Assembly: GCA_038087875.1 (NCBI GenBank)
Contig: CM075980.1
Location: forward strand, 15,252,001-15,316,000
DNA: 64,000 nt
DNA from: Malacoraja senta
Taxonomy: Eukaryota
Reading direction: 5' to 3'
Shown: piece by piece, positions 12,685-23,329 of the stretch
How positions within the stretch are numbered: position 1 is the stretch's first letter
Layout of the letters: each line of letters begins with the position of its first letter
Translations under genes and position numbers: made by a program
Notes under the pieces: model-generated
Told to the model about the DNA's origin: nothing
Database searches by the model: none
Seen by the model: the letters and a program-made list of their open reading frames with translations, nothing else

Positions 12685-12840
12685 CAGGCCATGATGCAAT
12701 CAGTCAGGATACTTTCTATTGTAAATCTGCAGAGATCTTGTTAGAGTATTCGGAGACAGTGATTCTCTTTAAACTTTAAAGAAAGTAGAGGCAGTGTCGA
12801 GCCTTCTCTGTGATGGCATCTATGTGCTGGGGTCAGGAAT
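12685..12840 (-). mobile_element. Rex1/Babar-like LINE relic
   Basis: The reverse complement of aagaaagtagaggcagtgtcgagccttc encodes KARHCLYFL, resembling the KKAxQRLYFLRRL motif. Confidence 0.55.
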
Positions 12841-12926
12841 ACTCTGATGCAGGGAGCTGCCACATAGCCACACCTAACACCAACAATTTCACCAATTGTT
12901 TTTCACCCAATGCTCTGTTATATTTA

Positions 12927-13140
12927 AGATGGACACAAAATGGAGGAGTAACTCAGCAGCATCTCTGGAGAGAAAAAATGGGTGATGTTTCAGGTCAAGA
13001 CCCTTCTTTAGACTTCAGACCCTTCAGTCAGAACATCATCCATTCCTTCTCTCCAGAGATGCTGCCTTTCCCACTGAGTTACTCCAGCATTTTGTGTCTA
13101 TCTTCGGTGCAAACCAGCATCTGCAGTTCCTTCCTACACA
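12927..13140. mobile_element. Penelope-like terminal repeat, degenerate inverted pair
   Basis: Same arms as 2021-2251. Confidence 0.75.
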
Positions 13141-14786
13141 CTTTTGTGTTTAAGTCCTTGTGAGGAGGCAGGGTGGGATTCTGATGCTGTCAGACTGGCT
13201 CTTGATTCAGTGCTGGAAGGACCTGCTAGTGGAAAGCAGTGCCCAGAATGGATACTGTCGTAGACAGTGCCTGTTGATCAGAAACTATTGTTTCTGATGA
13301 GCACCAGGGGGGATATTTCTTTCATTTCATAAAATGCTTTTGTTTAAACATTATTATTTAAACATTATTGTTTAAACACTATTATTAAATCACCAGGTAG
13401 TCCAGCTGTGTGATCTGGCAAACAATCACAGAGTATCTTAATGAAAAAAGTGTTGCCTATTTTCTCCTCTAAACTACAGCTGAGTTTGTGAGTTGAATTT
13501 AATCGCAGATGGCATTGTGTCTTATCCATGTGCAACAGTAGAGGGGGCCAGAGTCCACCGATTTTCCATCTGAAAATCCTGACTGCAGTTCTCTGGTATT
13601 ATTCAAGAGTCAAAGAATGTTTAATTGTCCTATGTACCGACAACGGAACAATGAAGTTCTTACTTGCAGCAGCATAACACGGTACTCACAATATTCATAG
13701 ATTCAATAAACTAATAACCACAATGCTAGCCCGAACACTTCTCAAAAACATCAATGCTAAAGTCGTTGCTGACTTTAAGCTGGCCAATCAAACAGAACGC
13801 GGGTGTTCAATCCAAACACTTTCATCACAGGAGAGGAGCAATTAGCACTGTGCAAGGAATCGCTATACTGAGGAAATTTGAATCGACTGAAAAAGAAATG
13901 AAGAATAAAGAAACCAGTGGGTGGTGGATACAGTGAGACTTTTTCTGACAGAAATTTTAAAGGGGCAGATAGAAGCAGAATGGGAAGGGAGAGGAGTGCG
14001 AATGAAGAGAGATGAGGAGGAGCAGAGGTAAGGGAATTAGGATGTGAGCTGAGTGGAGAGGAGCCGACAGGGAAGGAGAGAGTTACATTAATAGGAAGTG
14101 CCGAATATTTGCGGTTCTGACCATTAATTCCATGTCCAGATTTCCAGATGCTTTTGTTTATAGTTTGAGTACAGCAATTATTGTGGGCCGACTCAATCCC
14201 AGTCAATAATACTTTTCCAAATACATTTACTGTTCTTTCTATCCCGTTATCTGTTAAATCAGGAATTCCTGATTGTGTCCCTTTCAGCAGATTGAAGAGT
14301 AATTCGTGCCAGGTTCTTGTTATTTGCTTTCGTTATCACTCCATCGTTCACTTTGACCTTGCCCTGCTCAGTCACCCCTGTTCCCAGCCTCTGCAGCCCA
14401 CGGACTCCAGCTGGAAATGTAACGGCAGGCAGCATGAGCATGTTCCTGCCCTTTGGGCATCAAGGCAGAGGAGGCACCTTGCTACCCAACAAGACAGCAA
14501 GAAGCATTTACAGCCATTGGGAATCAGGCAGCAGTTCCCAGGCTGTGGACTTGAATGTGAAAGTGCAACATTTAAAGCTCATGGTTTTGCTGTTGGGTGG
14601 GGATTCAATCAAGGAGGACCCTGTCGGAAGGAGGGAAGGGAAGGGAAGGGAAGGGGAAGGGGAAGAATTCACAGGTGTTGATCCACTCTAACGGGAGCCT
14701 CTGAACAAGTGCAATATCTCCTGACCCTCAGTGTCTGGACTGAGTTGATCATTCAGGGAACCTGAGAGGCAGCAATGAGTTTGGAG

Positions 14787-14877
14787 GTACACAAAAATGC
14801 TGGAGAAACTCAGCGGGTGCAGCAGCATCTATGGAGCGAAGGAAATAGGTAACGTTTCGGGCCGAAACCCTTCTTCA
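14787..14877 (-). mobile_element. Solo Penelope-like terminal repeat with 10-bp TSD
   Basis: gagtttggag at 14777-14786 and 14878-14887. Confidence 0.85.
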
Positions 14878-14878
14878 G
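14851..14878 (-). ncRNA. Minimal hammerhead ribozyme core
   Basis: CUGAAGA-A-GGGU uucg GCCC-GAAAC-GUU. Confidence 0.55.
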
Positions 14879-14913
14879 AGTTTGGAGCACTCACTGCACC
14901 AACACCACCACCA

Positions 14914-15206
14914 GGGCGGCATGGTGGCCCAGCTGCCTTACAGTGCCAGAGACCCGGGTTTGATCCTGACCGCGGGTGCTGTCTGTACGGAATTTGTACG
15001 TTCTCCCGGTGACCTGCGTGGGTCTTTTATGGGATCACCAGTTTCCTCCCACACTCCAAAGACGTACAGGTTTGTAGGTTAACTGGCTTCGGTAAAATTG
15101 TAAATTGTGCGGGGATCGCTGGTCGACGCGGACTTTGTGGGCCGAAGGGCCTGTTTCCATGCTGTATCTCTAAGCGAAACTAAATAAAACTAAAAAACTA
15201 AATAAA
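14914..15206 (+). mobile_element. HE1-like V-SINE
   Basis: gggcggcatggtggc..gagacccgggtttgatcc (B-box-like), V domain gtttcctcccacactccaaagacgtacagg, and an (aaact)n tail. Confidence 0.88.
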
Positions 15207-15481
15207 CTTGCCCTCTCTATGTACGTCCCCATGGCCGCACGTCAGTGCCAGTTCAGGAGCTTGGGAACTTTTCGAAATGCTCTAAATTTATGAAGTAATA
15301 CATCAGATGTTGACGTCTTAGCCTTGCAAAGTATGGCTGCTCACAGTAAGACCATCATGGCACAGTTGTTGACAGGGAATCCAGGAGGGCACTGGGTTTC
15401 GGATTGATGAAGACACATCCCAAGGTAGAGTGCCCAATACCACAGGTTTGGAAGCAGATTCCAGGGCCAGTATCCCATGGG

Positions 15482-15824
15482 CAGCTGTTCCCGATGTTGG
15501 GGAAGGCCAGAACAAGGGGTCACAGTTTAAGGATTAAGGGGAAATCTTTTAGGACTGAGATGAGAAAAACATTTTTCACACAGAGAGTGGTGGATCTCTG
15601 GAATTCTCTGCCACAGAATTTAGTTGAGGCCAGTTCATTGGCTATATTTAAGAGGGAGTTAGATGTGGCCCTTGTGGCTAAAGGGATCAGGGGGTATGGA
15701 GAGAAAGCAGGTACGGGATACTGAGTTGGATGATCAGCCATGATCATATTGAATGGCGGTGCAGGCTCGAAGGGCTGAATGGCCTACTCCTGCACCTATT
15801 TTCTATGTTTCTATGTTTCTATGT
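15482..15824 (+). mobile_element. 5'-truncated CR1 insertion with 9-bp TSD
   Basis: Open frame QLFPMLGKARTRGHSLRIKG..FFTQRVVDLWNSLP, (ttctatgt)3 tail, and TSD tcccatggg at 15473-15481 and 15825-15833. Confidence 0.92.
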
Positions 15825-16939
15825 TCCCATGGGATGTTTAACTCTGACCTAAGCACACCAGATGACAGGACCATGACTAGACCACCAAGGCCCATGAGCC
15901 TGCCATTCAATGCCATCAGATCTGATCTAAGCTGTTCTTAACTCCTCTTCTGTGCCAGTTCCCTGTCATCCTCAACTCCTTGACCTTTCAAATATTTATC
16001 TATTGCAATCCTTAATATACCTGATGATCCAGGCTCCACCACTTGCTGGGGGCAGAGTTCCAGAGATTCACCACGGACTGGGAGAAGAAAATTCCGCTTT
16101 AGATGATGGGCACCATATCTTGTTGCTTGGGGCAGGTGACAGGACGGCCTGTTCTGTTTTTTGGAGCTGGCTCCGTGACGCTTACAGTTGCACATGGAGG
16201 TCTCTGCACATACAGCTGAAATCTGCCCAAGAGCAAGCACTCTAACAATGTGCGAGGGAAGGGCCAAGTTTCAAGATCAGCCTGTGGAGGTGTTTTCAGC
16301 GCTCGTTGCTATCCGCTGGTGTTGGCATGGGGGGGGGGGGGGGGTTTGTGGGACCTGCGAGCTGACAGTGTGGGTGGGGGAAGAGCCTCCCAGGCAGGGA
16401 GCTGTGCAATCCACAGCTTCCCCTCTCATTGCTGAGTCCTTGCATTCATTCAAAGCCAGTAACCGGGGAAGCACCTGGATGGGCAGCTCCGCGGTTGGGT
16501 GGAGACCGATGCCATCAAGTACTCCAGCGGGGAGAGTGAAACGGCGGAGGCTGAGCAGGGGAGTTGTTTGGGAGGCAGCAGATGTTTAATACCGTTGACG
16601 TGGGAATCAATGAATGTTGTCCAATTTTCCCCGGCTGCAGACCCCTGGGAGAGTCTGTTGATTTTGTTTTTTTCTTGTGGAGGAGGTTTCAACATTGGAA
16701 GGATTGTGTGGGGTCTGTAAAGTGGGAGAATGGACAAGTTTCATGTTTGACGTTGTTCTGAGTCTTACTGTTGCCAAACCTCTGTATATCCAGGGCTTGC
16801 TTCCTTGTCATCATGTCGGAGACATTCCCGGCATTTTATCCCCAGTAATGGCGGACGTGTGGGTATACACACCCCTCCCACTGGGTGATGTGGGATTCAC
16901 CCCTCGCACTTGGCGACTGTTACGGTTTTCTGTAGTTAT

Positions 16940-17305
16940 TGGGGGAACAGGTACTGCACGACTGTGGCGTAGCCCTGTACCCTGTCAGTATTGGGGGAAC
17001 AGGTACAATGATGTGACTTTTTTGTAGCTCCTGTAGATACTGCACCAGGTACAGTAATGGGACTGTGATACAGCCCTGTCAATACTGAGGGAACAGGTAC
17101 AGTGGGACTGAGGTGTAGCTCTGTCCAGTCCCTTCAGTACTGAGGGAACGGGTACAATGGGACTGTGCGTAGCCCTATACTGTTCTGGTACCAGGTATAG
17201 TGATGGGACTGTGGTGCAACTCTGAACTGTCCTGTAAATATTACACCAGGTACAGTGATGGAACTGTGGTGGAACGTTGTACAATCCTGTCAGGACTGAG
17301 GGACG
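16940..17305. repeat. Degenerate tandem repeat, units of about 40-55 bp
   Basis: The core caggtacagt(r)atgggactgtg recurs about seven times. Confidence 0.8.
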
Positions 17306-17689
17306 AACATTGTTTGGGGACAAGATGTGAAACTCTGGTAGTCTCTGCAGTGGGAGACGACAGCTGTATTATTGGCTTGCTGAGGGCGCTGCAGTTCAGT
17401 AATATTCCTGTCGTGGGTCGGGCTGGTTGCTTTTCACTTTACATTTGGATCAGCCCTGGAAATGTTTCCCCTCGTTGCCCAGTGTGGTTCTGCTGCTGAG
17501 CCGGCCCACCGCTCACGCTGGGGGCTCACAGACATCCCCAGGGACACTGTGATTGTGGGGAGCACGAGATGAGCTGCAGCTCTGTGTGTCTGAGATACTT
17601 CCGCAGGAAGTCTGCCAAGAACTGTCTCTCAAAGCTGTTGAAGGTTCACTGATGGAAATGAAAAATTGGTATTTAGTAACAATTTTTAA

Positions 17690-18060
17690 TGACCTGGTGC
17701 CTGAGACATAGTAAGATGTCCTGAACGGCTTCACGGGTACAATGTAGGACACAAACCACTTGAGCAGATATAAGGGCAGGCGATAAAAAGTTTAGTTGAA
17801 GTGATTTGAATGAGGGTCTGAGAGGACAAAGGAGAGGTAGGGGAGTGTAGTGATTTAGAGAGGGCATTACAGAGCTGTGGACCTTGAAGATGCCATCAGT
17901 CTGAAGTGCCGTCTGTCTCGGAGATGTATGAACAGTGAGAATTACAGGAGCACAGAGAATTCAAAGTTGGACGGTAAGAAGAGGTTATGAAGACTGGGAG
18001 GGAAGAGGCGGCAGAGAAATTTGAACAAAATGTGAAGTTTAAAATGGAGGTGTAATGTGA
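17690..18060 (-). mobile_element. Old L2-like LINE 3' relic
   Basis: gtaagatgtcc..gcttcac..gatttagagagggcattacagagc resembles the recalled elasmobranch L2 antisense tail. Confidence 0.45.
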
Positions 18061-18084
18061 AAAAGAGTTTAGGATGGTGGATGG

Positions 18085-18560
18085 TTTAATTTAGTTTATT
18101 TATTATCACGTGCACAGAGGTACAGTGAAAAGTTTGCTCTGCATGCCACCCAGTCAGATTACACTGTGATTACACGTACAATAGATCCTCTTGTGGAACA
18201 GCACGCAGAGAGTCGCCATGTTCAGGCACCATCTTGCAACTTCCAAGTCTCTGAAAAGTCCGATCTTGGCCCAAGGAGATCTGCAGTTTCTTATTTTCTC
18301 ACCTTAAGGCCCGGTGTCCTGGTGGCACTGGATGGATGAAGTAGGGGTCGGCCTGGCCCAGCGCGATGCCGTCGGCTCCTTCCACCGCCGCTCCGTGCAG
18401 CTACCACAGGCTGCGCTCGATCCACTCACTCGCCCGGCTGCTGCAGGGCCTCCCGCGGCCACCTCCGCCAACACCAACACCCATCATCACCGCAAACGCA
18501 CCGTTCGTCGTCTCCAGCAGCCTCCCCTCCGTTCTCGTGTGCCAAGGTCGTTTGTGCTGT
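18085..18560 (-). repeat. Unclassified interspersed repeat, copy 2, with CpG-rich 5' part
   Basis: Rex1/Babar-like tail (ttttcactgtacct..cacgtgataataaa on the - strand), a body matching 3154-3343, and a GC-rich segment at 18314-18560. Confidence 0.6.
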
Positions 18561-18676
18561 TTCCCAAGCCATTTACAGAACCTTAGGGCACTCTTGGAGG
18601 GTGCGGGAGACGTGTTTGTGGAGGAATGAATCGCGTTGGATGAATGTGATGTTGGATCATGGACAGCTGAGTTGTC

Positions 18677-19108
18677 GGCGATCGTTTCGCTGAACACCTC
18701 CGCTCAGTCCGCCTTAACCTACCTGATCTCCCAGTTGCTTAGCACTTTAACTCCCCCTCCTATTCCCAATCTGACCTTTCTGTCCTGGGCCTCCTCCATC
18801 GTCAGAGTGAGGTCCCGCGCAAATTGGAGGAACAGCACCTCATATTTTGCTTGGGTAGCTTACACCCCAGCGGAATGAACATTGACTTCTCTAACTTCAA
18901 ATAGCCCTTGCTTTCCTGCTCTCTCCATCCCCTCCCCCTTCCCAGTTCTCCCACCAGTCTTACTGTTTCCGACTACATTCTATCTCTCTCCCGCCCACTC
19001 CCCCGGCATCAGTCTGAAGAAGGGTCTCGACCCGAAACGTCACCCATTCCTTCTCTCCAGAGATGCTGCCTGCCCCGCTGAGTTACTCCAGCATTTTGTG
19101 TCTACCTT
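18677..19108 (+). mobile_element. Penelope-like element 3' end: GIY-YIG endonuclease C-terminus plus terminal repeat
   Basis: 18677-18904 translates GDRFAEHLRSVRLNLPDLPVA*HFNSPS..RKLEEQHLIFCLGSLHPSGMNIDFSNFK* (one internal stop), followed by a pyrimidine tract and the hammerhead repeat. Confidence 0.9.
19014..19041 (+). ncRNA. Minimal hammerhead ribozyme core in native Penelope-like context
   Basis: CUGAAGA-A-GGGUC uc GACCC-GAAAC-GUC. Helix I is only 2 bp. Confidence 0.65.
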
Positions 19109-19779
19109 CTCTTCCTTTGGTTTGAGGAGATGAGTGCAGAGACGCTGACTCAGGTTTGCTGCGATCAGGCAACGTTACTCAGGCTGCGTGTCTGCTTTCT
19201 GCGGCTGTGTTATCACCGTGTGATCTCTCTATCCCCAAAAAAATCCTTTACACCAGCTGGAAAAACACTCTCAGAACAATCTCAGTGTTCCTGTTTGTAC
19301 AGTAAAGAAAAACAAGCCAAGAGGGACGGCTGCCATTGGCACCCGTGTTTTTCTTCCCTTCCCCTGAATAATTTAGCTCAATTTCCATCTCAGGAAGCAG
19401 TGTGTGTCTCTGCTGGGGCCCCGGCCAACTTCTGAAATTCCCAAACTTCCTCTGCCAGTAAAGATCAGTGAAAGTGAAAGGCGAAGGTTTCACAGGAGCC
19501 CAGCTCCAGCCTCCCACTCACCCCCAGCCTCCTCCACATCCAGCAGCGGACGTCCTGACAGATAAGACCTCACTTCTTGTTGTGGTGCGACCAGCACCTG
19601 TGAGCATCGCCGATGCAAGTGAATCCACTGACACGTCTCACTTCTCAACTACAAAGCGGGCAACTCTCTGAAAGCTCTGCAGAACCTCCAGAGGCTGTCG
19701 TTTGCAACTCTAAGCTAACCATCCTACCCCTCAAACCTAGTATGTACCGAGGGATCTCGGAGATTAAGTCCATCATTCC

Positions 19780-20365
19780 CAGAAAGTGGCAACACAAGTT
19801 GGTAGAGTGTTACAGGAGGCATAGGCCGGAACATTGAATATAAGAGTCAGGAGGTCATGACTTTGGTTAGGTTAAATTTGGAGCATTGCGTGCGTTTCTG
19901 ATCGCCCCATTCGAGGAAGGAAGTAGAGGCTTTGGAGAGGTTGCTGAGGGGGTTTACCAGAATGATGCCTGGATTAGGCGGTATTAGCTACAGGGAGAGA
20001 TTGGATAGACGTGGACTGTTTTTTCTGGAACGGTGGAGGTTGTGAGGTGACCTGATTGAAATGTATAAAATTATGAGAGGCATAGATCGAGTCAGAACCT
20101 TTTCCCCAGGATGGAAAAGTCAAATCCTAAAGGTGAGAGCTTGAAGTTGAGCGGGACTAAAGTGCAAAGGAAAAATACGGGGCAAGTTTTTTACACAGAG
20201 GGTGCCTGGAACACACTGCTGGTGATGGTGGTGGAAGCAGATACAAACTGGATCTTTGGGATAGGCACATGGAAATGCAGGGAATGGAAGGTGTGCGATA
20301 AGAGATGGCCATGGCACAGGCATTGTGGACCGAAGGGCCTGTTCCTGAGCTGTTCGGTTGGATGT
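19780..20365 (+). mobile_element. CR1-type LINE ORF2 3' fragment
   Basis: attgaatataagagtcaggagg..ttggagcattgcgtgc..gaggtgacctgattgaaatgtataaaattatgagagg (LRGDLIEMYKIM), followed by the tail. Confidence 0.88.
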
Positions 20366-21116
20366 TCCATGCGAGTGTTGTGTGGGAGTGCGGGGGTTAG
20401 TGAGAGTTGTGTGGGGTGCATGCAGTGGTCGTGCAGGAGTTGTGCAGAGGTTGTGAGGGTGTGCAAGAGTTGTGGGAGAGCCGCGTGGGCGTGCAGAGGT
20501 GTGTGCGTGTGAAAGTCGTTCAGGGGGTGTGCGGGGGGGGGGGGGGGGGCTAGCGGCACGTGGACTGAAGCACCTCAGTGTGACTTTTGATTGCTACCAG
20601 ACCAGGCATGAGGATGTTTTTATTAGCTTCCAGTGCTGTGAATGTACACACTAACTGACTTGTCCGTGTAGTTGGGTGATTGCTTATACTGGGGGCAACC
20701 TCTGATTAAAATAAAAGCCACACGGAGGGCAAGTACGGGTCATTTAATAAAAATAATGGGGAAAGAATACTTCTCGGAACAAGGCCCTCTGAAGGAGCGG
20801 GGCTGCTGTAATGAGTATGTATTGAACGGAGGGGAGCAAAGTGTTCTGTAATTGGAATGTTTGGTCCCCAGGGTCAGTCTGTCACACATTGGGTTGTAAC
20901 TGTGCCATCTGAACGGTGGGGGTGGGGGTGTAGCTGCCGACACTCCATAGAGCATATTCAAATTCAGGGAGTGTTTGTTAGCATCGGTGTGTTCCCGCAT
21001 CAGCCAGCAGCTGGTGGTGAGCGAGGCAGCATCCGGTGAAATACCGCTTGCATCAACACGTGTGTAGGGAAAGACTGACACATGCACTTGTCTTGTACAG
21101 AATCAACCCACACATA

Positions 21117-21582
21117 CAGTGCCCTCCATAATGTTTGGGACAAAGACCCATCATTTATTTATTTGACTCTGTACTCCACAATTTGAGATTTGTAATAGAA
21201 GAAAATAACATGTGATTAAAGTGCACAGTGTCAGATTTTAATAAAGGCCATTTTTATGCATTTTGGTTTCACCATGTAGAAATTACAGCAGTGTTTATAT
21301 ATGATCCTCCCATTTCAGGGCACCATAATGTTTGGGACACAGCAATGTCGTGTCAATGAAAATAGTCATGTTTAGTATTTTGTTGCATATCCTTTGCATG
21401 CAATGACTGCTTGAAGTCTGCGATTCATGGACATCACCAGTTGCTGGGTGTCTTCTCTGGTGATGCTCAATGTGCACTTGAACAACATGTGATTTTTTTT
21501 CTCTTACAAATCTCAAATTGTGGAGTACAGAGGCAAATAAATAAATAATGGGTCTTTGTCCCAAATATTATGGAGGGCACTG
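21117..21582 (-). mobile_element. Internally deleted Tc1-family DNA transposon
   Basis: TA|CAGTGCCCTCCATAAT...ATTATGGAGGGCACTG|TA with inverted ends of about 110 bp and an inner direct repeat near 21320. Minus strand 21372-21467 encodes SITREDTQQLVMSMNRRLQAVIACKGYATKY*, a Tc1 transposase C-terminus. Confidence 0.93.
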
Positions 21583-21882
21583 TACATGTGGCGGAACACT
21601 GCGTGTGTCTGGCCACCCCATGGGTCATGGTGGCAGTGACATGGAGATGATGGAAATATTGTTGTGTTTGGAAAAAGGCCGCAAAGTATTGACTTTATTG
21701 TTGGTGCCCAGCATTCCAAGTCTTTGTGCTTTATGGGCAGATGTGGGAGAGTGTTTGAAATGTTGGACTCCGTTGTGAAGCAGATGGAGGTAAGATAGTT
21801 GTGGATCTGTTGGAAGTGAAAGAGAGAACAAGTGATGTGTCCTCATTGGACGCATGTTTTCTGGTCCATGTGAACAACACCC

Positions 21883-22197
21883 GGGGTGGCGCCGTGGTAG
21901 AGTTGATGCCTCACAGTGCCATGGACCCACGTTCAATCCTGACAACCGGTGCTGTCTCTACAGAGTTTGTACATTCTCCACGTGACTGTGTGGGTTTTCC
22001 ACGGTTTGTTTGCTCCGGTTTCCTCCCACATTCCAAAGACATACAGGTTTGTAGGTTAATTGTCTTCTGTAGTTTGTAATTTATCCCTAGTCTGTAGGAT
22101 AGTGCGAGTGTATAGAGATCGCTGGTTGGCGCAGACTAGGTGGGCCGAAGGGCCTGTTTCCATGTTGTATCTCTAAACTAAAATAAACTAAACTAAA
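21883..22197 (+). mobile_element. HE1-like V-SINE
   Basis: tRNA-like head, V domain, and the gggccgaagggcctgtttcc..(taaac)n tail. Confidence 0.88.
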
Positions 22198-22443
22198 TAC
22201 CCCAAGAGTCACTGAAATTGTTAAAAAATATTTCTTGAATTTACCTTTATTTGAATTTATAAACTTAATGACTGTTATAAGCTCAGAATCATTAACAAAA
22301 TAAGTGGGACTCAGTTCTGACCTTGTTCTCCTATATCACACCTCCTGTATGCCTGCTTCATCAATGAGCTCCTTGAGTTTAGTTCACAGCCACGATCTCT
22401 GTCCCATGTCAGTGTGCTGCAGGGAAACGTTAGGACCATAGCA

Positions 22444-22792
22444 GACGCAAGGAACTGCAGCCGCTGGTACCTTGAGGAAAGCACAAAGTGCTGGAGGAAC
22501 TCAGCGGGTCTGGCAGCATCTGTGGAAGGAATGGACAGATAATATTTCGGGTTGGAACTTTTCTTCTGACTGGAGAAGAAGACTGAAGAAGGGTCCTGAC
22601 CCGAAACGTTGTCTGTCCCTATCCCTACACTGAAGAAGGGTCTCGACCCGAAACGTCAACCATTCCTCCTCTCCAGAGTTGCCGCCTGTCCCACTGAGTT
22701 ACTCCAGCATTTTGTGTTTATCTTTGGTGTAAACCAGCATCGGCAGTTTGATGTTGCCTGATGTTGAGTTCCTCCAGCATTTTGTGTTTTGC
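22444..22792. mobile_element. Older Penelope-like inverted pair with a younger copy nested at about 22630-22749
   Basis: Outer arms are of the gaggaactcagc / gagttcctccagc type. The inner copy is of the gagttactccagc type. Confidence 0.75.
22583..22657 (+). ncRNA. Two tandem hammerhead cores (22583-22610 and 22630-22657)
   Basis: ctgaagaagggtcctgacccgaaacgtt and ctgaagaagggtctcgacccgaaacgtc. Confidence 0.6.
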
Positions 22793-23094
22793 ACCATTGG
22801 GTTCACATTTTTCCCACTCCCTTGTTACTCTTGATTGTTCTTGGGCAACTATGGACGCCTGGGATGGGATGTGTAAAGCCGTTGATTATGCAAATAATAT
22901 AAGGAAGGCTTAAGTGTGAGTGGTGGTAGATCTGCTTATATAGATTGTGTTCTAATTTGGTCACATAACATTTTTTCTATGGACTGATTGTTGTGAGGTA
23001 AAAATGAGATGAATTTTTGTGAGGGTATCGTGGAGAGTTTGGTATATTATTGGAGAACATTGTAGAAAAAAGTGTAGATACTGTAGTTATAATG

Positions 23095-23329
23095 ACAGGT
23101 CGGAGTACTTCATAGTGAGGTCCCGACCACGGGGGAAAATGGAGGAGGACTGGCCAAATTTTGTGCCTTCCACCACAGTGATGAATGCTGTGGTGGATGT
23201 TTGTGTTAAATTTTTATTGTGTTTTTGTGTGTTCTTTCTCATTGTACCACTGCTGGCAAATTCATTTCACTTGCACTTTATGTGCAATGTGACGAATAAA
23301 ACCGTAGTGTATTGTATTGTATTGTATTG
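23095..23329 (+). mobile_element. Short retroposon with (tattg)n tail
   Basis: atttcacttgcac..gtgacgaataaa followed by tattg repeats. 5' boundary uncertain. Confidence 0.5.

Noticed and set aside
13300-13550. Three CTCF-like motifs
   Set aside because: Each has two or more mismatches to the core consensus, which is expected by chance.
14181-14691. Overlapping ORFs of 124-166 aa
   Set aside because: No recognisable domain or splice structure, and they run into a GA-rich simple repeat.
14914-14985. tRNA-like sequences (also about 10975-11044, 21883-21945, 56380-56448)
   Set aside because: These are SINE heads continuous with the V domain and LINE tail, not tRNA genes.
16940-17305. CRISPR-like repeat-spacer appearance
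   Set aside because: Vertebrate context, non-identical repeats, mutually related linkers and no cas genes.
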